A stretch of 64,000 bases of DNA from positions 235,710-299,709 of IMG/VR virus record IMGVR_UViG_3300037455_000372. One strand, 5' to 3'. Below the pieces are notes generated by a model. It saw only the letters and a program-made list of their open reading frames with translations, ran no database searches and had not been told where the DNA came from. Source of the DNA: a virus (lineage: Duplodnaviria > Heunggongvirae > Uroviricota > Caudoviricetes). The position numbers were made by a program, and so were the translations under genes. Within the stretch, counting starts at the first letter, position 1. Each line of letters opens with the position of its first letter. Below, piece after piece: positions 9,468 to 20,518 of the stretch.

Positions 9468-12400
9468 ATGGAAATTAAGACGCACGTATTGACCAATCCG
9501 CAGAATCTCAGTGAGGAACGGAAACTCCAAGCTCGCAAAAACATTGACTTGGGGAATGTTGAGAATACATCCGATATGGACAAACCGGTATCGACCGCAC
9601 AACAGGCCGCCATTGACGCGCTTGGTACTACGGTCGATGGTAAGCTGGCTGGAAAGGTCGACAAGGAGGCTGGAAAGGGTCTCTCGACCAACGATTTCGA
9701 CGATACGTACAAATCACACGTCGATGAAAGTTACGAAATGCGTCATTCGCATAGCAACCAGAGTGAGCTTGACCAGCTCACCGGAGACGCCATTGCCAGT
9801 GCCGAAACGACTGACGAAGGCAAGACTCTGGTGCTCCATCCTATCGAAGGTGAAGCCGTTACCTTTAGCGGCGAACAGAACGCTATCAACACCATTTCGC
9901 AGAATGGCGTAACTCTTCCGATTGACAATAAAAATGTCGAAATTACGGAAACCATCCAGTCTATTTCCAAGAATGGAACTCCGTTGGTTCCTGACGCGAA
10001 CCACAACGTGGACATTACGATTGAAAGCCCGGTGACTCCGTATGAGGAAACTCCGGCGATGAACGGTACTGGTAGTGCTGGTTCTTCGGCTCTGTACTCT
10101 CGCGGCGACCACGTTCACCCTTCCGACACCACGAAGGCTGACAAGGACAGTGATGCGATAGCAGACCATTTGGCTAAGTTCGACAGCAACGGAAATCCGG
10201 TCGATTCTGGTATTGCGGTTTCTGAGTTGAGCAAACTTCACGAACACGAAAACAAGTCTATTCTCGACAATACGACGGCGTCGTACACGGTCGAGGATAA
10301 GGACAAGCTTGATAATATTGCCGAAGGTGCGACCAAGGTCGAGGAATCCGCAACCAATGGCAATGTCATAATCGATGGTACTGAAACTACGGTTTACACT
10401 CATCCAACTACGGAGGCTACCGCTGCAGCCGCAGTTAAGGTCGGTAACAATTCCGAAGGACACGTAGTCCTTGGTGATCCGTTGACCAAGGGTGACGTTG
10501 GTCTCGGAAATGTCGATAACACGAGCGATGCCGATAAGCCGATTTCTACAGCTACGCAAGCGGCGTTGGACAATAAGGTTGATAAAGAAGAAGGCAAGGG
10601 TCTTTCTACTAACGACTTTACCAACGATTATAAGACGAAACTTGATGGAATCGAAGCCGGAGCACAAGTCAACGTAATCGAGCATATTAAGGTCAACAAT
10701 ATCGAACAGACGCCTAGCGAAAAGACGGTCAACCTTGATTTGACTGGTTATAAGACCGTTCAAGAAGCCGTCGGCGACCCGTCCGCTGAAGGAACTGGTA
10801 CCGACTTTATTTCTTCGCTTACCCAGAGTTCGAATGGTAATATCACGGCTTCCAAGAAGACGGTTCAAGATGGTACGACCGCACAAAAGGGTATTGTACA
10901 GCTTGAAGATTCTGTGATCAGTGATTCTACGGACAAGGCGGCTACTCCGCATAGTGTCAAGCAAGCTTACACGCTTGCTGATGGTAAGCAAGACCCGATT
11001 ACGTTTGACGGAACCTATAACGCATCGACTAATAAGGCAGCGACTGTTTCGACGGTTACAAATGCTATCAATGATTTGGATTCTGAGGTAACTTCGTCCA
11101 ATGGAAAGAATGTCCAAGTTAAGGTAACCGAAACGAACGGTAAAATTACCGAAGTAAGCGTAACTACGGATAATACGCTTAACGAAAGCGATATTCTTAG
11201 TAAGGCAAATAAAGTAAATCCAGCTGTTGCTGGTAATTTTGCTGGGTTGTCGGCTGACGGTGATTTAACCGATTCCGGTAAGAAGGCGGCTGATTTTGCG
11301 ACGGCTGCACAAGGTGCTACGGCTGACACTGCTGTTCAAGGAATTTTATTGAACGGTGTAGAGCTTGACAAGGGTGTAGACGATAAAAAGGTAAACCTTG
11401 GTAACTTGAAGATTAAACAGAATGCCGTGTCTGACCCGACTACGTCTGGAAATACTAGCGATTTCCAATTTATTAGCGGTATCACACAAAATGAAAATGG
11501 CGAAATGTCTGCCACTAAGCATACCATTCCAGTTGCCGTCGCGACAGATGCTCAAGGCCAGACTGATGGCCTTATGTCGAAAGACGATAAGAAGAAGCTG
11601 AATGGTATTGCTGAAGGTGCCGAAGTAAACAAGATTGAGAAGGTTAAAATCGCCGGGTCTGAGTTGACTATCGACTCGGCTGACCGTTCTGTCAACATTC
11701 CAGATGCTGCTACCAATGTTAAAGGTGTGGTTAAGCTAACCAGCGATATTGATAGCGAAGATAACAATTCTGCCATTACTCCTACTGCTGTTAGAAATGC
11801 GTTAAAGAGTCGAGCTGTATTCTGGTCGGAATCCGACTGGGAAGACCACGCGCCAAATCCGGGTGACCCGTCTAAGGTCAACTATGTCTATGATTCAGAC
11901 AATCCGGGTGAGGACAAGTACAATGTCTATGTGTGGGACGTTAATGCCAACAGTTACAAGAAGATTGACGAATCGACAATTTCTTTAGACGGCTATTGGC
12001 ATAACGGACCGACTGAAACCGGAGTCGCTGGTGGTAATGTAGTTACGGATTTGACGCTTGGTAACGATGGTGTTCCGGTTGTGACTAAGGGAACTCTTGG
12101 TGACGGTACGTTGACGGTTACGGTTGGTTCGGCAAATGCGCAGACATTCTCGGCTAACCAGACATCTAATGTGTCAGTTACTGTTCCTCTTGCACAATCG
12201 GCTTCCGAAAACCCAGATACACACGAACTGATTCCAGCATCGGAAGGTCTTATCTCGGCTTCCGATAAGTCGAAACTCGATAGTATGACCGCTGGTGCTC
12301 AGCCGAATGTAATCGAAAGTGTCGGTATGGAAGGCGAATCCAGCAATCTGCCGATTGTTGACAAACACGTTGAAATTCCGTTGGCTACCTCTGCAACTAC

Positions 12401-14651
12401 AAGCCCAGCGGCAGCGGCAAAAACTGGCCTTATGTCTGGTGCTGATAAGGCTCGCCTCGACGGTATGACTGATGGAGCTGAGCCGAATACAATTGACTCC
12501 ATTTCGGTCAACGGTACCGCAGTCCAACCAGACGGCAATAAGAACGTCGATTTAACTATTGGAGACGCTACGGTTACTTTTGCGCTCGGAGGTGTTGCTT
12601 CGGGTGATACCAGCCCGTCAGTTGGTTCTTTCTCGACCAATCAGGTAGCGAATGCAACCATTACGATTCCGGCGGCTGTATCTGCGACTACTGATGGTAA
12701 TACCCTAGTCCCAGCAAAACCGGGTGTTATGAGTTCTGCCGATAAAACGACCCTTGATAATGTTGCCAATGCGGTTAAGGATATCACGCTTGAAGGAGAA
12801 TCTGACCCGCTTACGGTTACAAACAACGCGGTTGAGATTCCGTTGGCTAGTGCAGATGACGACGGTGCAGGTAGTGTCACCTATTCGCCGGGTCTTGTAA
12901 CTGGACAAGAACGTGAAAAGATACAGAATTTGGTGAACTTCTCTACCGTCGCTGTAAGTGATGGAGAATCCACTCCGACTATTACAAATGTTGTTCCAAG
13001 TACAGCAGACGATACCTTGACGCTGGTTGCCGGAAATAACGTTACGCTTACTCCGGACGTGAACTCGAATAGCATAACTATTTCATCATCTGGTTCTGGT
13101 TCCGATGTTACGGTAAGCGGAAGTGATGGTATTTCAGTTACCGAAACGGTTGATCCTAATACAGGTGTAAAGGATTTCAACGTCTCGGTAACTGGTGGCC
13201 TTGGAATCGTGTCTGGTCACGCGTCTGTAATTAACCCAGAAGCAGTTGCGCCAAGCACAACGGCTGTAGTAGACCTTATTCCATCGTCGGCAATTGGTTC
13301 GTTTAATGTTCCAAATGACCGTATCAAGCTAATGTATGACGCGGATACTGGTCACGTTTATCTGTGTGCGCTAAAGACTATCGCAAGTGTTAATCCGTCG
13401 GACGCCGTTCACGGAGTTGATACTTTTACTATATCGATGAATACGCGGTTAGACCGAAACCCGACAAGACACGGATTTTATGGAGAAGCTTTAACTCAAG
13501 TATCTCGTGTACTTGACGGTAGTACGCAAATCCTAGCGCAAGCGTTCGAATCATATCCGTCTGAAATCGGTTGTGCTACGATGAATCTGACCGTTACAAT
13601 TCAGAATACCAGTGGTTTGGCGTATCGCGATCCGGTAAGCAATAAGTTGTATTATCGTTATTTGCTGACATACAGCGGAGATGCTGCTGATACGACGGTT
13701 GAGTCAATGTCGCTTTATACGTTGCTTAGTGCCGTCGAAGAAACCGTTGGTATAGCCGAGTATAGCAACAGTTCTACAACTTATACAAGTGGTTCTGGTA
13801 TTTTTATTAGCCCAACCGATAATAGTATATCGGTACTGGATGGTCCGGGTCTTGAAGTTGATTCGTCTACGAATCAGTTACAAGTTAAGATTAAGCCCAA
13901 TGGTGGTATAAAAATTGATAATGATGGCGTCAGCTTGGTTCTTGATGTTCAAGCCGAAGAAGCTGTTGAAATTGCACACGAAGTAAAAAATGTAATCGAT
14001 GAACGTATTATTACTGATATGTCGTTCAGCGAAATTCACGAAGCGTATACATCAAACCAGCATTTCCCGGCACGCGACGGTGATGGCCAAATGTATGGAA
14101 CCTTGTTTACGCCAGTTATGAGCCAACAGCTAACCGCTGGCGCGAAAATGGGTATCTATATGGGTGAATTAAGTAGCCAAGGCCGGTTTGCGCTTGCTAT
14201 TTACCAGTACGATTTCACTTCCAATTTGACTCTGGTTTGCTATACCGATGTTATGACGTGTGATCCTAGTTCTATTCCACCGGCATCGTCCACGGTGTCC
14301 GCTTTCCGTGAATTTACCGTTCATATCAACGATGCTTGCGATACATTGTCGTCAGAAAAGCTTTATTACGCTTGCGTGGTGTTGCTAAAGGATTCTGGCG
14401 GCAACGAGCCTGTATTAAAGCAAATGTGTGGTACTAGTGGATATAATACGAACATTAACGGTGTTCCTCGATTGACAATTGCGGTAAATCACCTTCAAAA
14501 TTTCTGTGGCGGTAATATCAATAACCTAGATACGCAGAGTTTTAAAAACTATCTATCGACAATCAGCGCGACCGCTGGAAGTGAACAAGCTTCTACGCCA
14601 AGAATCTTTATATCGGTTCGAAACATTCCGGTCGTATCGAATAACGCATAA
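9468..14651 (+). CDS. Large repetitive tail-fibre-like structural protein (~1727 aa)
   Basis: Repeats of GLMSxxDKxKLDxIxxGAxxNxIE, LGNVDNTSDxDKP, KVDKExGKGLSTNDF, KGIVQL; frame open from 9408, start chosen by promoter spacing. Confidence 0.8.
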   Translation: MEIKTHVLTNPQNLSEERKLQARKNIDLGNVENTSDMDKPVSTAQQAAIDALGTTVDGKLAGKVDKEAGKGLSTNDFDDTYKSHVDESYEMRHSHSNQSELDQLTGDAIASAETTDEGKTLVLHPIEGEAVTFSGEQNAINTISQNGVTLPIDNKNVEITETIQSISKNGTPLVPDANHNVDITIESPVTPYEETPAMNGTGSAGSSALYSRGDHVHPSDTTKADKDSDAIADHLAKFDSNGNPVDSGIAVSELSKLHEHENKSILDNTTASYTVEDKDKLDNIAEGATKVEESATNGNVIIDGTETTVYTHPTTEATAAAAVKVGNNSEGHVVLGDPLTKGDVGLGNVDNTSDADKPISTATQAALDNKVDKEEGKGLSTNDFTNDYKTKLDGIEAGAQVNVIEHIKVNNIEQTPSEKTVNLDLTGYKTVQEAVGDPSAEGTGTDFISSLTQSSNGNITASKKTVQDGTTAQKGIVQLEDSVISDSTDKAATPHSVKQAYTLADGKQDPITFDGTYNASTNKAATVSTVTNAINDLDSEVTSSNGKNVQVKVTETNGKITEVSVTTDNTLNESDILSKANKVNPAVAGNFAGLSADGDLTDSGKKAADFATAAQGATADTAVQGILLNGVELDKGVDDKKVNLGNLKIKQNAVSDPTTSGNTSDFQFISGITQNENGEMSATKHTIPVAVATDAQGQTDGLMSKDDKKKLNGIAEGAEVNKIEKVKIAGSELTIDSADRSVNIPDAATNVKGVVKLTSDIDSEDNNSAITPTAVRNALKSRAVFWSESDWEDHAPNPGDPSKVNYVYDSDNPGEDKYNVYVWDVNANSYKKIDESTISLDGYWHNGPTETGVAGGNVVTDLTLGNDGVPVVTKGTLGDGTLTVTVGSANAQTFSANQTSNVSVTVPLAQSASENPDTHELIPASEGLISASDKSKLDSMTAGAQPNVIESVGMEGESSNLPIVDKHVEIPLATSATTSPAAAAKTGLMSGADKARLDGMTDGAEPNTIDSISVNGTAVQPDGNKNVDLTIGDATVTFALGGVASGDTSPSVGSFSTNQVANATITIPAAVSATTDGNTLVPAKPGVMSSADKTTLDNVANAVKDITLEGESDPLTVTNNAVEIPLASADDDGAGSVTYSPGLVTGQEREKIQNLVNFSTVAVSDGESTPTITNVVPSTADDTLTLVAGNNVTLTPDVNSNSITISSSGSGSDVTVSGSDGISVTETVDPNTGVKDFNVSVTGGLGIVSGHASVINPEAVAPSTTAVVDLIPSSAIGSFNVPNDRIKLMYDADTGHVYLCALKTIASVNPSDAVHGVDTFTISMNTRLDRNPTRHGFYGEALTQVSRVLDGSTQILAQAFESYPSEIGCATMNLTVTIQNTSGLAYRDPVSNKLYYRYLLTYSGDAADTTVESMSLYTLLSAVEETVGIAEYSNSSTTYTSGSGIFISPTDNSISVLDGPGLEVDSSTNQLQVKIKPNGGIKIDNDGVSLVLDVQAEEAVEIAHEVKNVIDERIITDMSFSEIHEAYTSNQHFPARDGDGQMYGTLFTPVMSQQLTAGAKMGIYMGELSSQGRFALAIYQYDFTSNLTLVCYTDVMTCDPSSIPPASSTVSAFREFTVHINDACDTLSSEKLYYACVVLLKDSGGNEPVLKQMCGTSGYNTNINGVPRLTIAVNHLQNFCGGNINNLDTQSFKNYLSTISATAGSEQASTPRIFISVRNIPVVSNNA

Positions 14652-14666
14652 CATAGGAGACTCGTT

Positions 14667-15002
14667 ATGTTACCTACGTATAGACGTGAAGATTTAATTA
14701 AGGTAAAAACCGATGATGCCGCTCGTGTTATTTACGAAAGCGGATATAAGACTGGACTAGACTGGAATATGTATATAGGCCGTATTATTATCCGGGATTT
14801 TATTTATAAGCTGTCTAATTACGACGGTATGGACTTTGATTTGTATATCAAGGATGTTGTGCCATATATCGAATTGGGATTGTTTCAGTCAGCCATTGTT
14901 AAGATACAGAACATTGAAATATCTGGTCTTGAAAGCCAGAAGGCTTGGCTTATTAAATCGCTTGAAGAAGGCGAAGACCGTCCTGAATGGCGGAAGGAGT
15001 AA
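14667..15002 (+). CDS. Hypothetical protein, possible fibre assembly chaperone
   Basis: AGGAGA RBS; small ORF directly after fibre gene. Confidence 0.65.
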   Translation: MLPTYRREDLIKVKTDDAARVIYESGYKTGLDWNMYIGRIIIRDFIYKLSNYDGMDFDLYIKDVVPYIELGLFQSAIVKIQNIEISGLESQKAWLIKSLEEGEDRPEWRKE

Positions 15003-16493
15003 GTGATGAAAGAGAACACCAGTGTCATCTATGACGAAGCGCAAAACCTGACTTCAGAGCAAAAGGCTCGTGTGTGCTCTAGTATCGGCGCAGTAGCTGC
15101 TGTTTCGGGTAAACAACTCAGTGATGAAAACTATACTATCGCTGAAAAGAGTTTGCTTGGTACAATTCAGTCCGGTGCTGAAGTTAACGTAATTGAAGAA
15201 ATTACGGTAAATGGAACCGCGCTTACTCCAGACCAGAATAAGTCGGTTGCAATCACTATTCCTACGGTTACCGTAGACCAAACATATAACCATTTATCAG
15301 CAAATCCACAAAGTGGTATTGCTGTTGCTCAAGCAATCAGCGGTTCTGGACAAGTCCCTGCGGTTACACAGAATGATGATGGCAAGGTATTGAAGGCATC
15401 ATATAACGGCACCACAGGTTCGTTTAACTGGGATTCGGCACCGAGCGGGGTTCCATCAATTTCATCGGGCGATGTCGGAAAGGTGCTTAGTGTAACAAAT
15501 GATTCTACTGGTACGATGGGGTGGGTTGATCAAACTGACCCTGCGAATAATTCAACGATTACGTTGAAAACTGACGAACCGACTCCGATTACGATTGATT
15601 CGTTTACGCTAAACCAATCTAGTGATAAAGATATTCGTCTTCCGTTGGCCACGGGTGGACTAACTCCTAACGCCGGATTGATGTCAATCTCGGATAAGGA
15701 TAAGATTGATGCGTACCCAACGATTCCACAAAGCGGCGTTGGTAAATTTCTGAAAGATGATGGTACTTGGGGTATACCTCAAGACACTACATATTCCGAT
15801 TATGCGGGTAGTACGCACGGACTTGTGCCAGAACGGCCATCTGGTAGTTCTACGACTACTAAATTCCTACGAGAAGATGGGTCTTGGGAAATACCGACCG
15901 ATACGACGTATAGTGGAGGCGATGGTATCGATATCACCAGCGGCATTATTACAGTGGATCTAGCGGCATCCAATTCTGGGCTGGTGATTGATTCGCATAA
16001 GCTTGCTGTTAATGCTAATTCGGCTAAGGGTATCGAAGTTGGGGCTAGTGGTGTCGGTGTCCGCTTGGCGACTAATTCTGGCTTGGAATTCTCATCTGGA
16101 TTGAAGGTCAAGACCGATGGAAACACTATACAGACGAACGCGTCCGGCGCACTCGAAGTCATTGGTGGTGGCGGTAGCGGTGAAGTGAACGTGGTCGACG
16201 GTGTCCAGCTCGAAGGTGCCGCTTCAGTTCTTCCGCCGGATGTTTCTACGAAGGTTGTTACTATTCCGAATGCCATTCCGACTGGTACGACTGGCGCGTC
16301 TAACGGCTTGATTACAGCAGATGACCAAGCTAAACTTGACAAGGCAGTGGTATATCAAGAAAACACGTACGATTCTACTCATACGCTTCTTGCACAGCAG
16401 TTCTACGTGGTTACATCTGACCAGCAAATCATCGACATTGCCATGCAAGGTGTTCCCAACCGTAGCGGTACAATCTTCTTCCGTATCGGATAA
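15003..16493 (+). CDS. Tail-fibre-like protein
   Basis: Shares GAEVNVIE and GLMSxxDK modules with the 9468 gene; duplicated KFL(K/R)xDG(T/S)WxIPxDTTYS. Confidence 0.75.
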   Translation: MMKENTSVIYDEAQNLTSEQKARVCSSIGAVAAVSGKQLSDENYTIAEKSLLGTIQSGAEVNVIEEITVNGTALTPDQNKSVAITIPTVTVDQTYNHLSANPQSGIAVAQAISGSGQVPAVTQNDDGKVLKASYNGTTGSFNWDSAPSGVPSISSGDVGKVLSVTNDSTGTMGWVDQTDPANNSTITLKTDEPTPITIDSFTLNQSSDKDIRLPLATGGLTPNAGLMSISDKDKIDAYPTIPQSGVGKFLKDDGTWGIPQDTTYSDYAGSTHGLVPERPSGSSTTTKFLREDGSWEIPTDTTYSGGDGIDITSGIITVDLAASNSGLVIDSHKLAVNANSAKGIEVGASGVGVRLATNSGLEFSSGLKVKTDGNTIQTNASGALEVIGGGGSGEVNVVDGVQLEGAASVLPPDVSTKVVTIPNAIPTGTTGASNGLITADDQAKLDKAVVYQENTYDSTHTLLAQQFYVVTSDQQIIDIAMQGVPNRSGTIFFRIG

Positions 16494-16504
16494 TGAGGTA
16501 GTCG

Positions 16505-17953
16505 ATGGCTTTTAGAGGAAAAATAGCGTGTCACTTTCCGGACAGGTCGAACCCTAACGCCGACGTTCAAAGCATCAGTTTCTTGCCAGTAGGAACTGAT
16601 CCGTCGACTATTTCCGACATTACCGATATACCGAAGGTGAAAGCCGTTTATGCTATTCCGGCTGGCGTTACATCGGTTACAATTAACGACTTGCCTAATT
16701 ATCTGGTGTGGGAATACGTCGACCCACTTGCTGCCGGAAGCACAAATGTCGCAATAGAGTTCGTTCCAAGTACCGATATACAGTTAAGTAGCGTCAGTAT
16801 CTTTACTGATTCAAATTACAGCACTGCGAATGGTGCAAGGGTAAAGATAATGCACGAGAGCGGTATCTATGTCGGTGCCGCCGACGGTGATGTTATTAGC
16901 GCGGAAACAACGCTATATGGTCTCACTGGGCGTGAACACACTGCGTCGTTCTCGCTGACGCTTTATGCTGGCAATAAGTATTATATCGTATACCAAGGGC
17001 CAACTAATAGCGTTTTTTATCCGGCATACTATGATGGGTCTACAAATGGAAAATACAAGGCGTATGCCAATACAACAGCGGCATCCCAAATAACGCCTTA
17101 TCCAAATATAAACAGCATTTATTCATTTATGCCTCCTAGTGGACAACGAGACCTTACCGAAGACTTGCTTAAAACTATAATGGATGCGCCTAGCGGATCT
17201 AATATTTTCTGGTTGGGTAATGACGTTTCACCAAATGGAACCGTTATCTTGAAGTATGGCTACTTGTCAAGCAAACAAATGAGTACGCCCAATACGCAAG
17301 TTACGGCAACCGACAGTGACATTTGGGGATATTCGGCGAACACTTACTTCATTTGGCATAACAAACAAAACACCAATGTGTATGACCGTATTTATCAGAA
17401 AAACACATCGACGACATACGACGGCACATTTACGATTACATCTAGTTCAAACTCCACCCAACAAGCAGAAACTCTTGTGGCACTTAAAAATGGTAATGGA
17501 ACATACGCAAAGGTGTTGACCAGTACACCAGACCCCAATAACGGTATGGGACTAAAAACTAACCACCTTTTGTCGATAAAAAATGGATACGCGGTTGGTT
17601 TTGATTCTTTTCAGCCGAGTTCAGCCGCGCCATCCGGTGGGTGGAAAGACGACACCTTTTACTTCTTGGTACAAGGCATTGACTACTCAAGTAGCGGTGG
17701 TCCTAATATATTTTATGGTGATAATGCTGTTTGCATAAAGAGTAATGGAACTTGGGATGTATTAAACCAATATGACATTTCTGATTTAATGACCTATCTC
17801 AATGATATCGAAATCAGTAGTGTAGTTACTCAAATTGCAATTACATCGTTGCTACAACTCGGCCAGCAAGTAAGCAACGACGAAAACCTCCGTAACGCGA
17901 GTGTTGTTACTGGAAGCAAGTATTATCTAAAAATCAACGGAAACGAGGTATAG
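16505..17953 (+). CDS. Beta-rich putative receptor-binding/virion protein
   Basis: S/T/N/Y-rich 482 aa ORF in the fibre operon; GAGGT RBS. Confidence 0.6.
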   Translation: MAFRGKIACHFPDRSNPNADVQSISFLPVGTDPSTISDITDIPKVKAVYAIPAGVTSVTINDLPNYLVWEYVDPLAAGSTNVAIEFVPSTDIQLSSVSIFTDSNYSTANGARVKIMHESGIYVGAADGDVISAETTLYGLTGREHTASFSLTLYAGNKYYIVYQGPTNSVFYPAYYDGSTNGKYKAYANTTAASQITPYPNINSIYSFMPPSGQRDLTEDLLKTIMDAPSGSNIFWLGNDVSPNGTVILKYGYLSSKQMSTPNTQVTATDSDIWGYSANTYFIWHNKQNTNVYDRIYQKNTSTTYDGTFTITSSSNSTQQAETLVALKNGNGTYAKVLTSTPDPNNGMGLKTNHLLSIKNGYAVGFDSFQPSSAAPSGGWKDDTFYFLVQGIDYSSSGGPNIFYGDNAVCIKSNGTWDVLNQYDISDLMTYLNDIEISSVVTQIAITSLLQLGQQVSNDENLRNASVVTGSKYYLKINGNEV

Positions 17954-17954
17954 A

Positions 17955-19421
17955 ATGAACCAGATCTATGCAATAGATAAGGAAACCTCCGCAATCGCCT
18001 TCATTGCAGCAAACCTGGAGTTATTGAAGGAAAAGCTTGCCGAAACTGGCAAGCAAATCGATGACTATTTAATCTTAGGAGACATTGGTATGAAGTATGT
18101 ATCTCGCATCGTATATGTAGATGGCAACTGTATATACAACAACTGCGACTACTGGCTGAATCACGGCAACGAAATACTCGACGATTACGACAAGCACGAG
18201 GTCAAGGATATACTCGGTAACGACGTGGACATTGTCCGCTATCGTACCGAACTAGATTCGAATGTGACTAGAATCGTTCAAATTGACGGTCGTCCGGGTG
18301 AAGTGGTCTACAACATCGCGGTGGCAAACGAGATGATTGCTCTTTTCAAGGAAGAGTGCATCCTCACCAAGTTTACTGGAATCACACCGCTTGAAATTGC
18401 CGCCAAGCTCGCGCAAGCCTATACGCTCGTGCTTACCGGTTCATTCAGAGAGGCCAAGACGGTTTTCCAAGCACTTGAAACAGACCCGTTCCTCACTGCG
18501 GAGCGAAAGCAGAAGTATATCGATATGCTGGATGCAGCCGACTCTATTGAATATGCGTCCGAAGACGAGCTAATCTTCACGACCGAGCCTGAAGAGGAGC
18601 CGGAACCGGAACCAAGCCCGGAATTGGTTGATTATGTCCGTGTTTACTTGATGGACCAGTCTAGTGATATGACCAAGGAACACACGTTCTATTATGCGGC
18701 AATGCATCAACCAGATGAAAGCAAGAATCCTAGGTTCAATGATGGAGACAAGCTCATATATGTAATTAGGCACGCGGAACGCGATAGTGACAGTAGCTCT
18801 ACAACCGACATCAACTCGACCGGTGTTAGCCGAGCAACCGGTATTGGACAGCTTCTCGCTTATGGTAATGCACCGTCTTCGCATGAAAGCAGCGTGACTA
18901 TTACGATTGAAGCCAACGATGCGCATTATTTTGCAAATGATTTGGTCAGATGCAAGCACACAGCCCAGTGCATTGCGCTAGGTCGTGGCGATACCGACAG
19001 TTCAGCTGACGACTATTCTGGCGTAACGGAAGAGGCCGAACTGTTGTATGGTTATAGATACCTGAAATCACATCCGGATTCTGGAACTACCAATCTACTG
19101 AAGAAATATTGCAATAATCCCGACGAACTTACCGAGTCGGAATTGGCATATATCGGTGTAGAAACTACAGAAGAGGCTCGTGCCAAGATCGTTTCAGACA
19201 CCCACCAGTTCATTAACGAGATTATCGCCAAGGCGGACAAGACGCTCAATTTCTTCATTACGAGTGACTACTTCGTTGGTTGTATGCAAGCTGGTGTGAC
19301 GGAATATGGTTATAACCAAACCAACAACGATCCGTGGGTCAACTGGTGTTCCGGTGTTGCCATCGTCGTGCATCCAGATAACACGTATGACGCGTTTGCT
19401 GTCAAGTGTGACAAGAAGTAA
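17955..19421 (+). CDS. Two-domain protein with C-terminal histidine-phosphatase-superfamily domain
   Basis: PEEEPEPEPSPE linker, then YVIRHAER and RCKHTA motifs. Confidence 0.7.
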   Translation: MNQIYAIDKETSAIAFIAANLELLKEKLAETGKQIDDYLILGDIGMKYVSRIVYVDGNCIYNNCDYWLNHGNEILDDYDKHEVKDILGNDVDIVRYRTELDSNVTRIVQIDGRPGEVVYNIAVANEMIALFKEECILTKFTGITPLEIAAKLAQAYTLVLTGSFREAKTVFQALETDPFLTAERKQKYIDMLDAADSIEYASEDELIFTTEPEEEPEPEPSPELVDYVRVYLMDQSSDMTKEHTFYYAAMHQPDESKNPRFNDGDKLIYVIRHAERDSDSSSTTDINSTGVSRATGIGQLLAYGNAPSSHESSVTITIEANDAHYFANDLVRCKHTAQCIALGRGDTDSSADDYSGVTEEAELLYGYRYLKSHPDSGTTNLLKKYCNNPDELTESELAYIGVETTEEARAKIVSDTHQFINEIIAKADKTLNFFITSDYFVGCMQAGVTEYGYNQTNNDPWVNWCSGVAIVVHPDNTYDAFAVKCDKK

Positions 19422-19437
19422 CTGGACGTACAGAAGA

Positions 19438-19471
19438 AATCCTGGCAGTTCGACGAGATACTGCCAGGATT
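19438..19471. terminator. Hairpin/terminator between convergent operons
   Basis: AATCCTGGCAGT...ACTGCCAGGATT inverted repeat. Confidence 0.65.
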
Positions 19472-19612
19472 AGAATGAGTTATGTTTTTGTTTTCAGTTG
19501 TTCTTGATGTTCTTTTGTTGTTTCCTTCGCTTCCATTTCGACATTAAACTTGGGGAACAACTGAGCGAAATGCTGTCTAGTTAATTACAGCTTATCCGTA
19601 TATTATCGTTTT

Positions 19613-20416
19613 TTACGAAGGAATAAACTCAGTAATATCATTTGCGGAGCTATAATGCCCATAGAAGGTATTATTATTCACATAAAAGTATCCGAATTCG
19701 CCAGTTTGTAAATTTTCGCAGGGAACCAATTTTTCTTTAACGTCCAAACTACTTGCGTCCAATATTTCAACCGTTCCTAACGCAATGTCGGGCGATCCAG
19801 CAGAATCACAAGCTAATAGTTTAATTGACTTATAAGCATAATTATTTGGAACCGACAACGTATTTATATACGGAGATCCATTAACGCATAAATTTGGCGC
19901 ATTTACTACAATTATTTCATCACGTACTAATGGATTTGCATCGCTATAGTTTTTAATATAACCATAATGAGTGTCATCAAAATTACCGTCATATTGACAT
20001 TGCCCCGAATGATATACCGTCCATAGCCTCATAGTGAATACGTGGGTTCCGCTAGAATTAACATTATTTGTTAATTGTATATAGTTATTAGAACGGTCAC
20101 GCAAGTTTTTAATATAAATATGGTATTTTAAGATATCAGAACTTGTACACGTACCAGTTAAATTAACGATAACACAATCTTTATTTGATTGCAGAAATTC
20201 AACTTGCCTAAAGTTCTTTTTATATCCAGACGGAATGTCCGGCGATCTATCCGTCGTTGAAATACTTGCTATTAACGCTGGACAATCGGATAAAGTAGAC
20301 CCCGATGGGACAGAGACTCCTTTCGACTCGATAGCCTCAAAGATAGCATTGGTATTAGCAGTTATGGCACCTACGTTCTGTGCCATTCGTGTGAGTTCTG
20401 TTGATAGTGACATCAT
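19613..20416 (-). CDS. Putative tail-associated protein with AT-rich variable C-terminal domain
   Basis: N-terminal AIESKGVSVPSGSTLSD fibre-anchor-like motif; C-terminal LVPC..GEFGYF. Confidence 0.6.
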   Translation of the reverse strand: MMSLSTELTRMAQNVGAITANTNAIFEAIESKGVSVPSGSTLSDCPALIASISTTDRSPDIPSGYKKNFRQVEFLQSNKDCVIVNLTGTCTSSDILKYHIYIKNLRDRSNNYIQLTNNVNSSGTHVFTMRLWTVYHSGQCQYDGNFDDTHYGYIKNYSDANPLVRDEIIVVNAPNLCVNGSPYINTLSVPNNYAYKSIKLLACDSAGSPDIALGTVEILDASSLDVKEKLVPCENLQTGEFGYFYVNNNTFYGHYSSANDITEFIPS

Positions 20417-20481
20417 AGATTCCTTTTAAATTATTAATTAGTATAAGGGAGCGTAATTATTAGATGAATAGGTACCTAAAT

Positions 20482-20507
20482 CTGCTGATGCTTTACTGCA
20501 TCAGCAG
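20482..20507 (-). terminator. Intrinsic terminator-like hairpin
   Basis: CTGCTGATGC-TTTACT-GCATCAGCAG downstream of the 20519 gene. Confidence 0.6.
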
Positions 20508-20518
20508 TTTGAGTTTAA

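Noticed and set aside
19623-19629. ATAAACT on the + strand
   Set aside because: No downstream + strand gene; probably a chance match in AT-rich DNA.
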